Part shown: in pieces, positions 38,146 through 48,460 of the stretch
Numbering within the stretch: position 1 is the first letter of the stretch
Layout: each line of letters opens with the position of its first letter
From: Nitrospirota bacterium
GTDB taxonomy: Bacteria > Nitrospirota > Nitrospiria > JACQBZ01
Assembly (NCBI GenBank): GCA_016194285.1
Contig: JACQBZ010000035.1
Coordinates: forward strand, 64,385-128,384
Direction: 5' to 3'
DNA: 64,000 nucleotides
Position numbers and translations under genes: made by a program
The notes under the pieces: generated by a model
What the model was told of the DNA's origin: nothing
The model's input: the letters and a program-made list of their open reading frames with translations, nothing else
Database searches by the model: none

Positions 38146-40047
38146 TTAAAAAGACTGCCGCAGCCACAACTCCAGATTTATATATTTCCATATCGGGCGT
38201 GGATTTACAGGCTCGCCGTTCACAAACCCCTGAAAGTGCTTTACGACCGCATCACCATCGAAATATCGTCTCTCCCTGAAGCTCTTCGAATGGATTATTT
38301 CCTCTATCTGTTTCCTGCAATCAGTGCGGAACCATAGTATTTCGGGAGTAGCAAATCCTATCTTTTTTATACGTTGATGCACAGCATGAGGAAGGATCTC
38401 TTTAAGCGCATTGCGCAGGACTACCTTCCCTATACCATTTCGAATTTTTTGTCTTGAGGGCAGCGAGAAACAAAATTCCACAAGCCTGTAATCCAGAAAG
38501 GGGAGTCTGGATTCAATAGAAAACGCCATTGAATTCCTATCCTCGTATCTTAAAAGTGAAGGCAGACGCTCAAAGGTCAAAAAATGGTACAGGCTCTGAT
38601 CCATATATCCATTGTATTTTTCCTTTTCTTCAATCCCGCCTCCATGAGTCTTAATGAAATCCTTATTCAGCCAGGAAGGAAACAAACCCATTTCCTCATC
38701 CCCCAGTAAACGTCTTTTCCATCGGAAGGGATGAAAAGGGACAAAGTGCCTGAAAAGTTCTCTGACCAGCCACTGCTTAGGATAACCATGGTATTCGGAA
38801 TACTTGTCAATTTCGTTTTTCAGAGAACTCCACCTGAGTCCTTTGAATAAATCTTTGAAGTTCGCCAAAAAGTAGCTCCCGTATCCAGCCAGAATTTCAT
38901 CCGCCCCCTGACCATTGAGAACAACCGTAATGCCCCGCTCCCTTGCCAGCCTCATAACCATCCATCCCGCCCACTGGCTTGTGCCTGCTACAGGCTCACC
39001 CTGATCTTCAATAAACTTCGGCGCGAGGTCAAACAGTTCCTTCCCTTCAGGGAAAACGTAGTTGGTCTCAACTCTTGTTCTTTCTACGACCGCTTTTATA
39101 AATTCTCTTTCATCACACGCTTTATCTTCAAAGCATGCCGAGAAGGTTTTCTGTCTGCTGCCGATCACGCCGGGGTTAACGCCATCATTCGATATCAGTT
39201 TGCTGATCATGCAGACGATTGATGATGAATCCAACCCGCCGCTCAGACACGTACCCAGCGGAACCTCGCTCTGGAGTCTTAAACGTATTGAATCTTCGAA
39301 AAGGGCATGAAATCTCTGCGCAGCTTCTTGGTCTGAAATACGCACAATCTTTTTTGACGGATCCAGGTCCCAGTGTCTCGAAATTTTGCAGCCGCCATTT
39401 ATATCAACAACCATGCGGTGGGCAGGCACGAGCCTTTTAATCCCGTCAAAGAAAGTTTCCTCCGTATGGTCAATGTAGTCGTTATTTTCGTAAGCAAGGT
39501 AGTCAAAAATAACACGGTCGTTTGGCCCGCAAGGTATTTTTTTATCCGTGAGGATCGTCTTTATTTCTGAGGCAAAGATGAAGCGGTTCTCATCTAAAAA
39601 GTAATAGAACGGTTTTATTCCGAACCTGTCTCTCGCGCAAAATAATTGTTTTTTTCTCGTATCCCACAATGCAAAAGCCCACATGCCGTTAAATTTGTTA
39701 AGACAATCCTCTCCCCATTCCTCATACCCGTGAATAATTACCTCGGAATCCGTCCTGGATTTAAAAACATGGCCCCTCGCTTTAAGTTCAGACGCAAGTT
39801 CCGAATAATTGTATATCTCGCCATTATAGGTCAGCCATATCGTCTTGTCTTCGTTGCACATAGGCTGGTGACCGGCGGCGGTCAAATCAATGATCGAAAG
39901 GCGTCTATGAATCAAGGCAATTCCGTCGTCTAAATAGAACCCCGCGTCATCGGGTCCTCTGCGATAGAGGCTGTCACTCATCGCCTTTAGGGTCTCTTTA
40001 CCTATCGGCCGATCATTAAAATTCAATATTCCAGCTATTCCACACAT
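38146..40047 (-). CDS. Asparagine synthase (glutamine-hydrolysing)-family amidotransferase, second copy
   Basis: MCGIAGILNF...IHRRLSIIDLT...CLSGGLDSS. Start set to ATG 40047 so that Cys is residue 2. Confidence 0.9.
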   Translation of the reverse strand: MCGIAGILNFNDRPIGKETLKAMSDSLYRRGPDDAGFYLDDGIALIHRRLSIIDLTAAGHQPMCNEDKTIWLTYNGEIYNYSELASELKARGHVFKSRTDSEVIIHGYEEWGEDCLNKFNGMWAFALWDTRKKQLFCARDRFGIKPFYYFLDENRFIFASEIKTILTDKKIPCGPNDRVIFDYLAYENNDYIDHTEETFFDGIKRLVPAHRMVVDINGGCKISRHWDLDPSKKIVRISDQEAAQRFHALFEDSIRLRLQSEVPLGTCLSGGLDSSSIVCMISKLISNDGVNPGVIGSRQKTFSACFEDKACDEREFIKAVVERTRVETNYVFPEGKELFDLAPKFIEDQGEPVAGTSQWAGWMVMRLARERGITVVLNGQGADEILAGYGSYFLANFKDLFKGLRWSSLKNEIDKYSEYHGYPKQWLVRELFRHFVPFHPFRWKRRLLGDEEMGLFPSWLNKDFIKTHGGGIEEKEKYNGYMDQSLYHFLTFERLPSLLRYEDRNSMAFSIESRLPFLDYRLVEFCFSLPSRQKIRNGIGKVVLRNALKEILPHAVHQRIKKIGFATPEILWFRTDCRKQIEEIIHSKSFRERRYFDGDAVVKHFQGFVNGEPVNPRPIWKYINLELWLRQSF

Positions 40048-40051
40048 ACCG

Positions 40052-41236
40052 TTAATGACCTCTCGAAACTTCTTCAAAAAGCCTGTTCAGCCGTTTCGTA
40101 ACGACTTCATGGCCGAAGTTTTTCACGGCGTACTCCCGGATTTCCTCCTGATCATACCTTTCATAATTTACGATTACGTGCCTGATGCTCTCGGCCAGGG
40201 CTTGGGGATTGGCCTTTTCAACAAGAACACCTACTTTTTCATTCACCACCCCATCCGGACCGCCGGACTTCGTTGCCACTACCGGCTTCCCGCACGCAAG
40301 GGCCTCTATGATCGTAACGCCGAATGTCTCGAAGAGGCTGGCCGATACAAGAATGTCGTGCTCGTTTATAAGCGACGGCAATTCGCTATTAGCGCAGATG
40401 CCTTTGTAAGCAACATTCTTCTCCAATCGCATCTTCTCGATGGAAGCCAGCAGCTCTTGACCGCATTGGCCGAGAGGACCCACGATGCTAAGCTGAATAT
40501 CAGGAAACTCCTTGATGACGATCCGAATCGCCTCCAACAAATACCGGATGCCCTTTTCTTCCTCGACCCTGCCGACCACCAACAATCTAAACCTTCCGCG
40601 CGCGGTCTCGCTCCTCCTGCGTTGGGCGCCTTCCCTGTCGAGAGAGAATTTGTTTGTGTCAATTCCATAATAGGCTATCCCCAGCCTGTCGCCTTTAATG
40701 CCACAGGCCTGAATTTCCCTGAGCTGAAAACCGGTATAGATCGTGCGGTCGACATGATTGATGGTCTTCAGAACCCTACTCCCCCGATACGGTTCGTTAA
40801 AATAACTTGAAAACGGCCCTTGGAATTCGATGGTTACAACTGGAGCATTATATTGTTTTTTGAGCTTCCAGCCAACATAACCGGCAGGAAAGGATTTGTG
40901 GGCATATATCAAGTCCGGTCGGAAACCTGTTTCATTTAACTTCTTAGATGCAGTAACATAGGCAATGAACCCGTCGAGAATATAAAGCGCCTTCTTAAAT
41001 ACTATAAATACAGGGTATTTAATCCTGATAATACCCTCCTCGTCTCTTTTATCTGAATGTTCTCTAAATATGTGCCTTAGAAAAGACCTGACACCTATTC
41101 TCACAAATCGTCTCTCGACGACCATTACGCGCACCTCGTGGTCTTTTTTAAGATGTTCAACCTGTTCCTTAATAAAAATCCCTGCTATAGGATTTTCATC
41201 TGAAGGATAAATGTCGGTGATGATCAGAAGCTTCAT
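40052..41236 (-). CDS. Family 4 glycosyltransferase
   Basis: FETFGVTIIEALACGKPVVATKSGGPDGVVNEKVGVLV. Confidence 0.87.
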   Translation of the reverse strand: MKLLIITDIYPSDENPIAGIFIKEQVEHLKKDHEVRVMVVERRFVRIGVRSFLRHIFREHSDKRDEEGIIRIKYPVFIVFKKALYILDGFIAYVTASKKLNETGFRPDLIYAHKSFPAGYVGWKLKKQYNAPVVTIEFQGPFSSYFNEPYRGSRVLKTINHVDRTIYTGFQLREIQACGIKGDRLGIAYYGIDTNKFSLDREGAQRRRSETARGRFRLLVVGRVEEEKGIRYLLEAIRIVIKEFPDIQLSIVGPLGQCGQELLASIEKMRLEKNVAYKGICANSELPSLINEHDILVSASLFETFGVTIIEALACGKPVVATKSGGPDGVVNEKVGVLVEKANPQALAESIRHVIVNYERYDQEEIREYAVKNFGHEVVTKRLNRLFEEVSRGH

Positions 41237-41248
41237 GATAATTTCCGC

Positions 41249-42436
41249 TTAAATAACCCCCATGTACTTTTGGAGTATAGTCGATACCGCTAACCCGTCA
41301 TGCATCTGAACCGTCTTCAAAGCGTTTTCGACCAACTGTTCTCTTAAAGTCCCATTGTTTAATAGATTCCATATGGCCTCTTTTAACAACTCGGGGGACG
41401 GTTTATCTACCACAAGCCCCCATCTATATGTTTTTGCGTACCACGAGATATAAGCATCTTCCGGTGCGTGCACTAAAACCGGTGCGCCAGAAGCAAGATA
41501 CTCCGGTAATTTCCCGGGAGAGGCCGTTTTGATGATATCAGGATAAGGGCTATTAAAAGCCATGGGAAGAAAGAGGATATCCGCCTCTCTCTGAATGGAT
41601 GAAATCTTTGACGGATCAACATACCCGTGGTGAATGATATTGCTTCCGGATAGTCCCATGGTGATTAATTTTGGCACTGCCCTTTGGGAATAGATATGGA
41701 ATTCCACTTCGGACAGTTCATTTACAGCGCTAACCAGGTTCTGCAAGGCGTCCAACTGTGCTTCATAAATCATTCCGGTAAAGACGATCGTCTTTTTTGT
41801 ATTCCTATTTATCTTTACTTTTTTTGCAATTCGACTACCATTTTGTGGCAGCTCGATAGGGTGACGAAGTAATACAGTTTGAATGTTGTATTTCCTCTTG
41901 TAAAAATCTTGAAGCGCTTCGCTCATAACAAACACTTTTTTTGAAGCCCTCATAACCAACCTTTCTATGGGCACCGACATTAATTTTCTAATTTTAAAGG
42001 TCTGAGCAGCGCTGTAAAGATCAAGCATATAGACATAAAGAGGAATTCCTGTCAGTCTGTGCAAAATATATGAAGCCAACAGGAAATTTCCTGATGTCGG
42101 ATGTATTAGGATGTCTGTAACTTTTTCCTTTCTTATTATGGAAAGACCTTTTGCAACCATAGAGGGAACGTCAAGCCATTCCCGGATGGAGGACCATCGT
42201 GTATAATCCCCGAAGATAGTTTTGCCCACATAATAATGACCACATCGCAATTTATCACCCAGATCGGCTGCTGCGATGTTATTTTCATAACGGCTTGTTA
42301 GAACAATGTATGAATCCTCTGGGAAATATTTAAAAAGCCTCAGGAATATAGACGACGGACTATAAGGTATCGGTGGTACGCAGTGGGACATGAAAAGGAT
42401 TTTCGACACATTTCGCTCTGTAATATTGTTACACAT
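41249..42436 (-). CDS. GT-B glycosyltransferase (divergent)
   Basis: C-terminal ASPGKLPEYLASGAPVLVHAPEDAY; overall two-Rossmann layout. Confidence 0.6.
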   Translation of the reverse strand: MCNNITERNVSKILFMSHCVPPIPYSPSSIFLRLFKYFPEDSYIVLTSRYENNIAAADLGDKLRCGHYYVGKTIFGDYTRWSSIREWLDVPSMVAKGLSIIRKEKVTDILIHPTSGNFLLASYILHRLTGIPLYVYMLDLYSAAQTFKIRKLMSVPIERLVMRASKKVFVMSEALQDFYKRKYNIQTVLLRHPIELPQNGSRIAKKVKINRNTKKTIVFTGMIYEAQLDALQNLVSAVNELSEVEFHIYSQRAVPKLITMGLSGSNIIHHGYVDPSKISSIQREADILFLPMAFNSPYPDIIKTASPGKLPEYLASGAPVLVHAPEDAYISWYAKTYRWGLVVDKPSPELLKEAIWNLLNNGTLREQLVENALKTVQMHDGLAVSTILQKYMGVI

Positions 42437-42441
42437 AAAAT

Positions 42442-43596
42442 CTAAGCGAAGACTTTTCCTGGAACCAATCGGTAATATAGCCTTTCCATCTTTTCCATTT
42501 CTTTTGTAAAGTCAGCTTTTTCTTTTACGATATTAAGATTTCTCTCTATAAATACTTGTTTTGTGGCTTCATCCATTTCTATTGCTTTAACAATGCCGGC
42601 AGCTATTTCTGATATATTTTCAGGTTCTACTAAAAACCCATTAAAATTATCTTCTAAGTAAACTTTGATCGGAGGGATATCCCCCATAACAGGAATGACT
42701 CCCATCGCCATAGCTTCTAATACTGACTGCGGAAAAGTTTCTATTAATGATATCGAGACAAATACATCGGCTATAGATAAATATGAGGGTATTTTTTCTC
42801 TATCAACGCTCCCTATTAAGCGAACGCATTTACTTATCTTTAACCTGTCAACTAAATCTTTTAGTTCAGTTTCGAGTGGGTCGTTTGGTGGCCATATAAA
42901 AATAAATCTTGCATTAGGGATTTGTTTTATTACGTAAGGGATCGCCCTGACAATATTCAAAACATTGTAACTTATATTCCTGGTACTAATTGCAATCGAA
43001 TTATCGTTCAATTGCAGGTCGTTCCTGAGTTTATCTTCCTTAATATCCTTCTTGAATTTATCAAGTTCTACTCCAAATTGTATAATATTTATTTTATCCG
43101 GCCTGGCTCCATATTTAACAATACATTGCTCCCGCAGGTATTCAGTCTGCGCGGATATTACATCCGCTTTCCACAAGGCATATCTGACAAGAATAGGACG
43201 GAAAATGGAACGATTTTTTTTCCAGATAATGTCACCATTCCAGGGCATGACAATCAATGGCCTTCTCCTCGTGAAAACACCCAGTTGAGCTGGAAAATAT
43301 AAAGTATGCAGATGGATAATATCCGGGTTCTCTTTCTTAATTATTGTCCTGATTTTTGCAAGATTGGAAAGTCTTCTGAATAATTTAAAGTTATAATAAA
43401 AATAATTATAGACATATTCAATCCTCTTGTTTCTAAATTTATGGCTATCTACCTCGTATTGTTTGACGCCATCTATTGGAGAATACCTATCAGTAATCAA
43501 AGTTATTTCGTGGCCTCTTTTGGCAAACCATCCGGCAAATCTTTGCAAATGAATTGAATATGCCCAACCTATATAACAAATCTTCAATTTTCTCAT
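42442..43596 (-). CDS. Family 4 glycosyltransferase
   Basis: ETFPQSVLEAMAMGVIPVMGDIPPIKVYLEDNFNGFLV. Confidence 0.82.
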   Translation of the reverse strand: MRKLKICYIGWAYSIHLQRFAGWFAKRGHEITLITDRYSPIDGVKQYEVDSHKFRNKRIEYVYNYFYYNFKLFRRLSNLAKIRTIIKKENPDIIHLHTLYFPAQLGVFTRRRPLIVMPWNGDIIWKKNRSIFRPILVRYALWKADVISAQTEYLREQCIVKYGARPDKINIIQFGVELDKFKKDIKEDKLRNDLQLNDNSIAISTRNISYNVLNIVRAIPYVIKQIPNARFIFIWPPNDPLETELKDLVDRLKISKCVRLIGSVDREKIPSYLSIADVFVSISLIETFPQSVLEAMAMGVIPVMGDIPPIKVYLEDNFNGFLVEPENISEIAAGIVKAIEMDEATKQVFIERNLNIVKEKADFTKEMEKMERLYYRLVPGKVFA

Positions 43597-43636
43597 CTAT
43601 GTCTGTATGGACATTAAATTAGGCTGAATAGTTACA

Positions 43637-44833
43637 TTATATTTTCAATTGAATGTCACAGGCGGCCCTCAAGTCAGCTATTCCTTGTCGAGATGTAGTT
43701 TCTTTGACAGAGAATACGAAGGCATTATTCATATATTCCAAAAACTCCACAGGACCGCCATCCATTGACCTCGCAATATTGCAGCCTAAGCTGTATATAC
43801 CTTTTAACAGATTAACAATAAACTCAAATTTCACTAGTATGGTCTGGCCGGCTTCGCAAATAATATACTTGCCGGTCAGCAGATCGCTGCTGGTATCATA
43901 TACAACCAGCCCATCGGAGTATCTTATAAACATGCTGATAAATGCACTTTCCACTTTGGCATTGCAGGCTATTTTCAACTCAAAGACTGCCTTTTCACCC
44001 GCTTCAAATGTCTTCACCTCTTGACCTGAGCTGTTAGTCAGTCGCAATTCAATAAATCTAAAGGATCGAGCAAGCTTTTCACCTTTCTGCTTTTCTGACA
44101 TAACTTCATAGTACATTCTAATCGCCTCTTCGATTGCTCCATCATACGCCACCCGGCCTTCCTTGAGGAGTATCGCCCTGCCGCATAATTTTCTCACCGA
44201 ATCCAGGTTATGGGAAACGTATATAATGGTCTTATTGGAATCTCTGAAATCCTTCATCTTGCTGATGCATTTATCCTGGAATATATAATCTCCCACCGAA
44301 AGAACCTCATCGACCAGCAGGATATCAGGATCCAGATGCGCTGATACAGAAAATCCCAAACGCGCATACATGCCTGATGAATACCTTTTTATAGGTGTGT
44401 CAATGAACTTTTCTAAACCGGAAAATTCTATAATCTCATCGTACTTCCGATCTATATCAGACTTTTTCATCCCAATGATGGCCCCATAGAGATAGATGTT
44501 TTCCCGGCCGGTAAGCTCAGGGTGAAACCCTGCAGAAAGCTCAATCATGGCCCCGATCTTGCCTTTCGTCATAACCGTACCGGATGAAGACTTGGTGGCT
44601 CCGGCAAGGAGTTTCAGGATTGTGCTCTTGCCCGCCCCATTCGGGCCGATGATACCAACCGCCTCGCCTCTTTTAAGCTCAAAGGAAACATCTCTCAGTG
44701 CATAGAAGCACTCTGAATGAGCGTTACGCCTCATGAAGATGTTTACAATATCCTCTCTCAGGGAGCGATAACCTGTCTGCCCAAGCCTATATTGCTTGGA
44801 AACCTTTTCCATCTTTATTGCTAAATCACTCAT
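43637..44833 (-). CDS. wzt: Polysaccharide ABC exporter ATP-binding protein with C-terminal glycan-binding-type extension
   Basis: Walker A GPNGAGKST, signature YSSGMYARLGF, Walker B ILLVDEVLSVGD. Carries about a 150-aa beta-rich tail, as in Wzt/TagH. Confidence 0.85.
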   Translation of the reverse strand: MSDLAIKMEKVSKQYRLGQTGYRSLREDIVNIFMRRNAHSECFYALRDVSFELKRGEAVGIIGPNGAGKSTILKLLAGATKSSSGTVMTKGKIGAMIELSAGFHPELTGRENIYLYGAIIGMKKSDIDRKYDEIIEFSGLEKFIDTPIKRYSSGMYARLGFSVSAHLDPDILLVDEVLSVGDYIFQDKCISKMKDFRDSNKTIIYVSHNLDSVRKLCGRAILLKEGRVAYDGAIEEAIRMYYEVMSEKQKGEKLARSFRFIELRLTNSSGQEVKTFEAGEKAVFELKIACNAKVESAFISMFIRYSDGLVVYDTSSDLLTGKYIICEAGQTILVKFEFIVNLLKGIYSLGCNIARSMDGGPVEFLEYMNNAFVFSVKETTSRQGIADLRAACDIQLKI

Positions 44834-45631
44834 TTAGATCTTATCCGCAAAGGACAACTCAACGATCTTGAAGTACTTATACGATAAAAACAGCGTGATC
44901 AGCGATATAAAAGCCGATATTCCAAGGTAATAAAGATCAGGCGAGGCGCCTAATACCAGCACCTTTCTGTAACCGCCTATGATGGGCGCCATCGGGTTTA
45001 GCATATAGAGGGATTTGAATCCATCTGGCACTGAACTCAGAGGATAGATTACCGGACTTAGATACATCCAGAGCTGAATAAAAAAGGGCAATGCGTATTT
45101 TACATCTCGATAAAAAACATTCAATGCCGATGAAAATAACGCCACGGCGAGGGTAAGCAGCACCTGTATCAATAGTATGGGAATGACATAAAAAGCATAC
45201 ACGGTAAGCGTAACGTCATAAAAAACCAATAGGGCGATAAAGATGACTGCTGCAATACAGAAATCGACAGAGGCCGCAAGAATTGAGGCGATGGGGAATA
45301 TCTCCCTTGGAAAATATATCTTTGAAAGCAGATTGGCATTTGAAACAAGGCTGGGTATGGCAAAAGACAATGATGTAGCAAAAAATGTCCAGGGAAGGAG
45401 CGCCGTATAAGAAAATAAAGGATAAGGGATTCCATCACTGGGTATCTTGGCAAAGCGAGAAAACACGATAGTAAATACCATCATCATTAAGAGGGGCTGG
45501 AGTATCGACCAGAATATGCCGAGGACCGATTGTTTATACCGAACCTTTATCTCCCTTACAGTAATACTCAGCAGCAACTCTCTATACTTTAGAAGCTCTC
45601 TTATCTTCTCAATCATTTTATATCTCTCCAT
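44834..45631 (-). CDS. wzm: ABC-2 type polysaccharide exporter permease
   Basis: 6-TM ABC-2 profile, RYKQSVLGIFWSILQPLLMM, directly abutting wzt. Confidence 0.85.
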   Translation of the reverse strand: MERYKMIEKIRELLKYRELLLSITVREIKVRYKQSVLGIFWSILQPLLMMMVFTIVFSRFAKIPSDGIPYPLFSYTALLPWTFFATSLSFAIPSLVSNANLLSKIYFPREIFPIASILAASVDFCIAAVIFIALLVFYDVTLTVYAFYVIPILLIQVLLTLAVALFSSALNVFYRDVKYALPFFIQLWMYLSPVIYPLSSVPDGFKSLYMLNPMAPIIGGYRKVLVLGASPDLYYLGISAFISLITLFLSYKYFKIVELSFADKI

Positions 45632-45655
45632 TTCCAGTCAGGGGTTCCTTCTGAA

Positions 45656-47386
45656 TTACATCGATACGGGAGAAACATCTGAAGCTCGTCCTCTATCAGG
45701 CACATGTCCTCCCTGTGCTTTTCCCATTGCCCCATAGCTCATGATTACCGCTGCGATACTCCAGAAGACTAATCCTTTGTCTATTTCCTTAACATAGGCA
45801 AATGTAATCCCATCAGTAAGATTATTGCTCAGAAAAACAATCATAGAGATCAATAAAGAATACTTAAACACACCATCGCTGTCAGCCTTTTTAACAAGAC
45901 GGATGCCCTTGGCTACAATCGTGGATAAAATTGTCAGTAACAGTAAAACGCCCGGCATGCCCGTTTCAGCGAGATAGTTAAGGTATAGGTTATGGTCTGA
46001 AATCATGGAGACATAACCCGACGCCCAAGGAGCATAATAGAGCGTTTCATAATTTGCATATTCTTGATTAAATCTTCCGATTCCGACCCCTGTCAGAGGA
46101 TGGTCTCGGAACATTCCCAGAGCAGCTCTCCAGCCTCCATAGCGCTCTTCCATGCTCGATGTATGGACGACATCTTCTAACGATCTCAGGTTATTATATT
46201 TGCTCAAATAGGGATCCAATTTCTCAGAGTTAAAAATAAATACAAGCCCACCCACGGCTACAGTTAATACCGCGTACTTTCTTATATTTTTGTTGAGCCC
46301 AAATAGTAATAGCCCAACCGCCATGCTTATCTGCGCCATTCTTGCAAAAGACAGTACGAGACCTACTATTCCCATGGCTGCTATAACGCAGAACAACAGC
46401 TTCAAACTTTTTGCACGCGCACTGGCCAGGAAAGCAATGACAATCGGTATCACCATGATCAATCCATTTGCGACAAAAACTCCATCGGCAAAATTGAGAT
46501 ACAGTGCGTATCGATTATCAATAAGCTCTGAGCCTCCATATTTTGCGAAGTAATACAGAACCAATGTCAGATTTAGAAAAACACCGGCAACAAGATACGC
46601 CATAAACCTCCGGATATCCGTTTCATATTTGATACTGTTTATGACAATAAAATACACTACGATGGGATAAATGATCTCAAACAACCATCGTTTGAGACTA
46701 TACGCAATATCTATAGAAAGGACAGCGGAGAAAAATGTCACAAGGATAAACATCAGAACAAGGACATTAAATTTTCCTTTCACGATAGTTTGTTTATTGA
46801 TAAAATAGTTGACAATAAACCAAATTAGTGCAAAGAGCATGATGATGGCTATTTTTATTGTAATCCATTCAAGGCTGAATTCTATTTTCCTTGTTATCTC
46901 GAATTCAGCGTAAGTCATGAGCGGCAGTGAGATCAGCAACAGGCCAATGCCGTCAATCGATTTATCATTTAAAACCATATAAACCGCGTACAGAAACAAA
47001 AAGATAATGATGCCGATCAAAATGGGAACGATAAAATCAAAGGGGTTCAAAGCGACGGAAGCACCCAGTGCGACTGCCAGCACAATGATGACCGGGAAAA
47101 CCTGCCAGCCGATGTTAAGCGGTGATAAACTGAAAAACGCAGAGATTTTGAGACCCTCCTGAGCGCTTACCTTTATGACGGCAATCGATATACCAAGGAC
47201 AATGACCGGTCCAAGCGCAAAAATCCATCCACTGACGCTCACGCCGGGGTTGTCAGCTATCATCAATCCCAAACGATAGGCCACAATTCCCCCCAGCAAC
47301 TGAAGGGCGACGTTCAGATAATTTTTACGCAGGTATTCCAATTCGATTAAACCCCGCAATAATCTTGACCACAGTGGATGACACAT
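45656..47386 (-). CDS. O-antigen ligase/polymerase-family (Wzy_C) membrane protein
   Basis: More than 10 TM helices. Loop ERYGGWRAALGMFRDHPLTGVGIGRF. The ORF-track start overlaps the epimerase by 62 nt; GTG 47284 (preceded by GGGGGA) is a more likely start. Confidence 0.75.
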   Translation of the reverse strand: MCHPLWSRLLRGLIELEYLRKNYLNVALQLLGGIVAYRLGLMIADNPGVSVSGWIFALGPVIVLGISIAVIKVSAQEGLKISAFFSLSPLNIGWQVFPVIIVLAVALGASVALNPFDFIVPILIGIIIFLFLYAVYMVLNDKSIDGIGLLLISLPLMTYAEFEITRKIEFSLEWITIKIAIIMLFALIWFIVNYFINKQTIVKGKFNVLVLMFILVTFFSAVLSIDIAYSLKRWLFEIIYPIVVYFIVINSIKYETDIRRFMAYLVAGVFLNLTLVLYYFAKYGGSELIDNRYALYLNFADGVFVANGLIMVIPIVIAFLASARAKSLKLLFCVIAAMGIVGLVLSFARMAQISMAVGLLLFGLNKNIRKYAVLTVAVGGLVFIFNSEKLDPYLSKYNNLRSLEDVVHTSSMEERYGGWRAALGMFRDHPLTGVGIGRFNQEYANYETLYYAPWASGYVSMISDHNLYLNYLAETGMPGVLLLLTILSTIVAKGIRLVKKADSDGVFKYSLLISMIVFLSNNLTDGITFAYVKEIDKGLVFWSIAAVIMSYGAMGKAQGGHVPDRGRASDVSPVSM

Positions 47387-48422
47387 TGTTCATGAGGTAT
47401 TCCCTCGGTACGACCCAGTCCTTTTTTTCTGCAAGGACCACACCCACGCATCTCATCATATCATCCGGCTCATTGCCCGTTATTATATTACTTCCCACCT
47501 CAACAGTCTCCGGTCGTTCAGTCACATCCCTTATTGTCACGTTTGGAATTTTAAAGATACAGCACTCTTCCTGAACCGTGCCGCTATCGGTGATGACACA
47601 AAAGGCCTTCTGTTCAAGGGCAACGAAATCAAGAAATCCGAGTGGTCGAAGGAAATGGATATTCTTATGGCCTAAGGTCAGCCCAAAAGCTTTCATCCTG
47701 CTTTCCGTTCTCGGATGGAGGCTGCATATAACCGGCATTTTATATTTAGTCTGTATTTTATCGAGCACAGTTAATATGTTGGACAAACGGTGCTTGTTAT
47801 CAACATTCTCCTCCCGATGCATCGTAACAAGAAAATAGCTCTGAGGTTCTATTCTTAACCTTTCATGAATATTGCTCCCCTTTATTTTTTTGCCATGCGT
47901 ATTGATAACTTCATAGATCGGGTTCCCGATAACATAAATTCTATTGATCTCAATTCCCTCTCTGAGCAGATTTTCCTTGCTGTTATGCGTGTAAGGCAAA
48001 AGAACGGTGCTCGAATGATCGATAATCCTGCGGTTCACCTCCTCCGGGACACGATCGTCGAAGCATCGGTTGCCCGCCTCCAAATGATAAACAGGAATCC
48101 CCATACGTTTGGCTACGATACTGACCAAGCCGCTGTTCGTGTCTCCTAAGATGAGAATTTTATCCGGTTTTGCTTTCTTGACGGCCTTTTCGGATTCTAT
48201 AAATAGTTTGCCGATTTGTTCGCCAAAAGTCTTTCCTTTTACACGAAGATATAAATCAGGTTGACGTAGTTGTAAGTCATCAAAGAATATTTTGTTAAGG
48301 CTGTCATCATAATTTTGCCCGGTATGGACAAGGATGTGATCACAGTGATGATCAAGCTTTTTGATAATAAGAGATAGTCGGATGATCTCCGGACGCGTAC
48401 CCAGAACCGTCATTACTTTCAT
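47325..48422 (-). CDS. UDP-HexNAc 2-epimerase, FnlC/WbvD/CapG type
   Basis: MTVLGTRPEIIRLS...HTGQNYDDSLN...EAGNRCFDDRVPEEVNRRIIDH. Confidence 0.85.
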   Translation of the reverse strand: MKVMTVLGTRPEIIRLSLIIKKLDHHCDHILVHTGQNYDDSLNKIFFDDLQLRQPDLYLRVKGKTFGEQIGKLFIESEKAVKKAKPDKILILGDTNSGLVSIVAKRMGIPVYHLEAGNRCFDDRVPEEVNRRIIDHSSTVLLPYTHNSKENLLREGIEINRIYVIGNPIYEVINTHGKKIKGSNIHERLRIEPQSYFLVTMHREENVDNKHRLSNILTVLDKIQTKYKMPVICSLHPRTESRMKAFGLTLGHKNIHFLRPLGFLDFVALEQKAFCVITDSGTVQEECCIFKIPNVTIRDVTERPETVEVGSNIITGNEPDDMMRCVGVVLAEKKDWVVPREYLMNNVSSTVVKIIAGFNRIGIPA

Positions 48423-48460
48423 ATTAAAATCCTTATGACAGAAAAACCGAAGAGATATTA

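Noticed and set aside
40048-40077. 10-codon N-terminal extension (MKKFREVING) of the second AsnB.
   Set aside because: Ntn amidotransferases need Cys as the first residue after Met removal. ATG 40047 gives MCGIAG and removes the overlap with the upstream GT4 gene.
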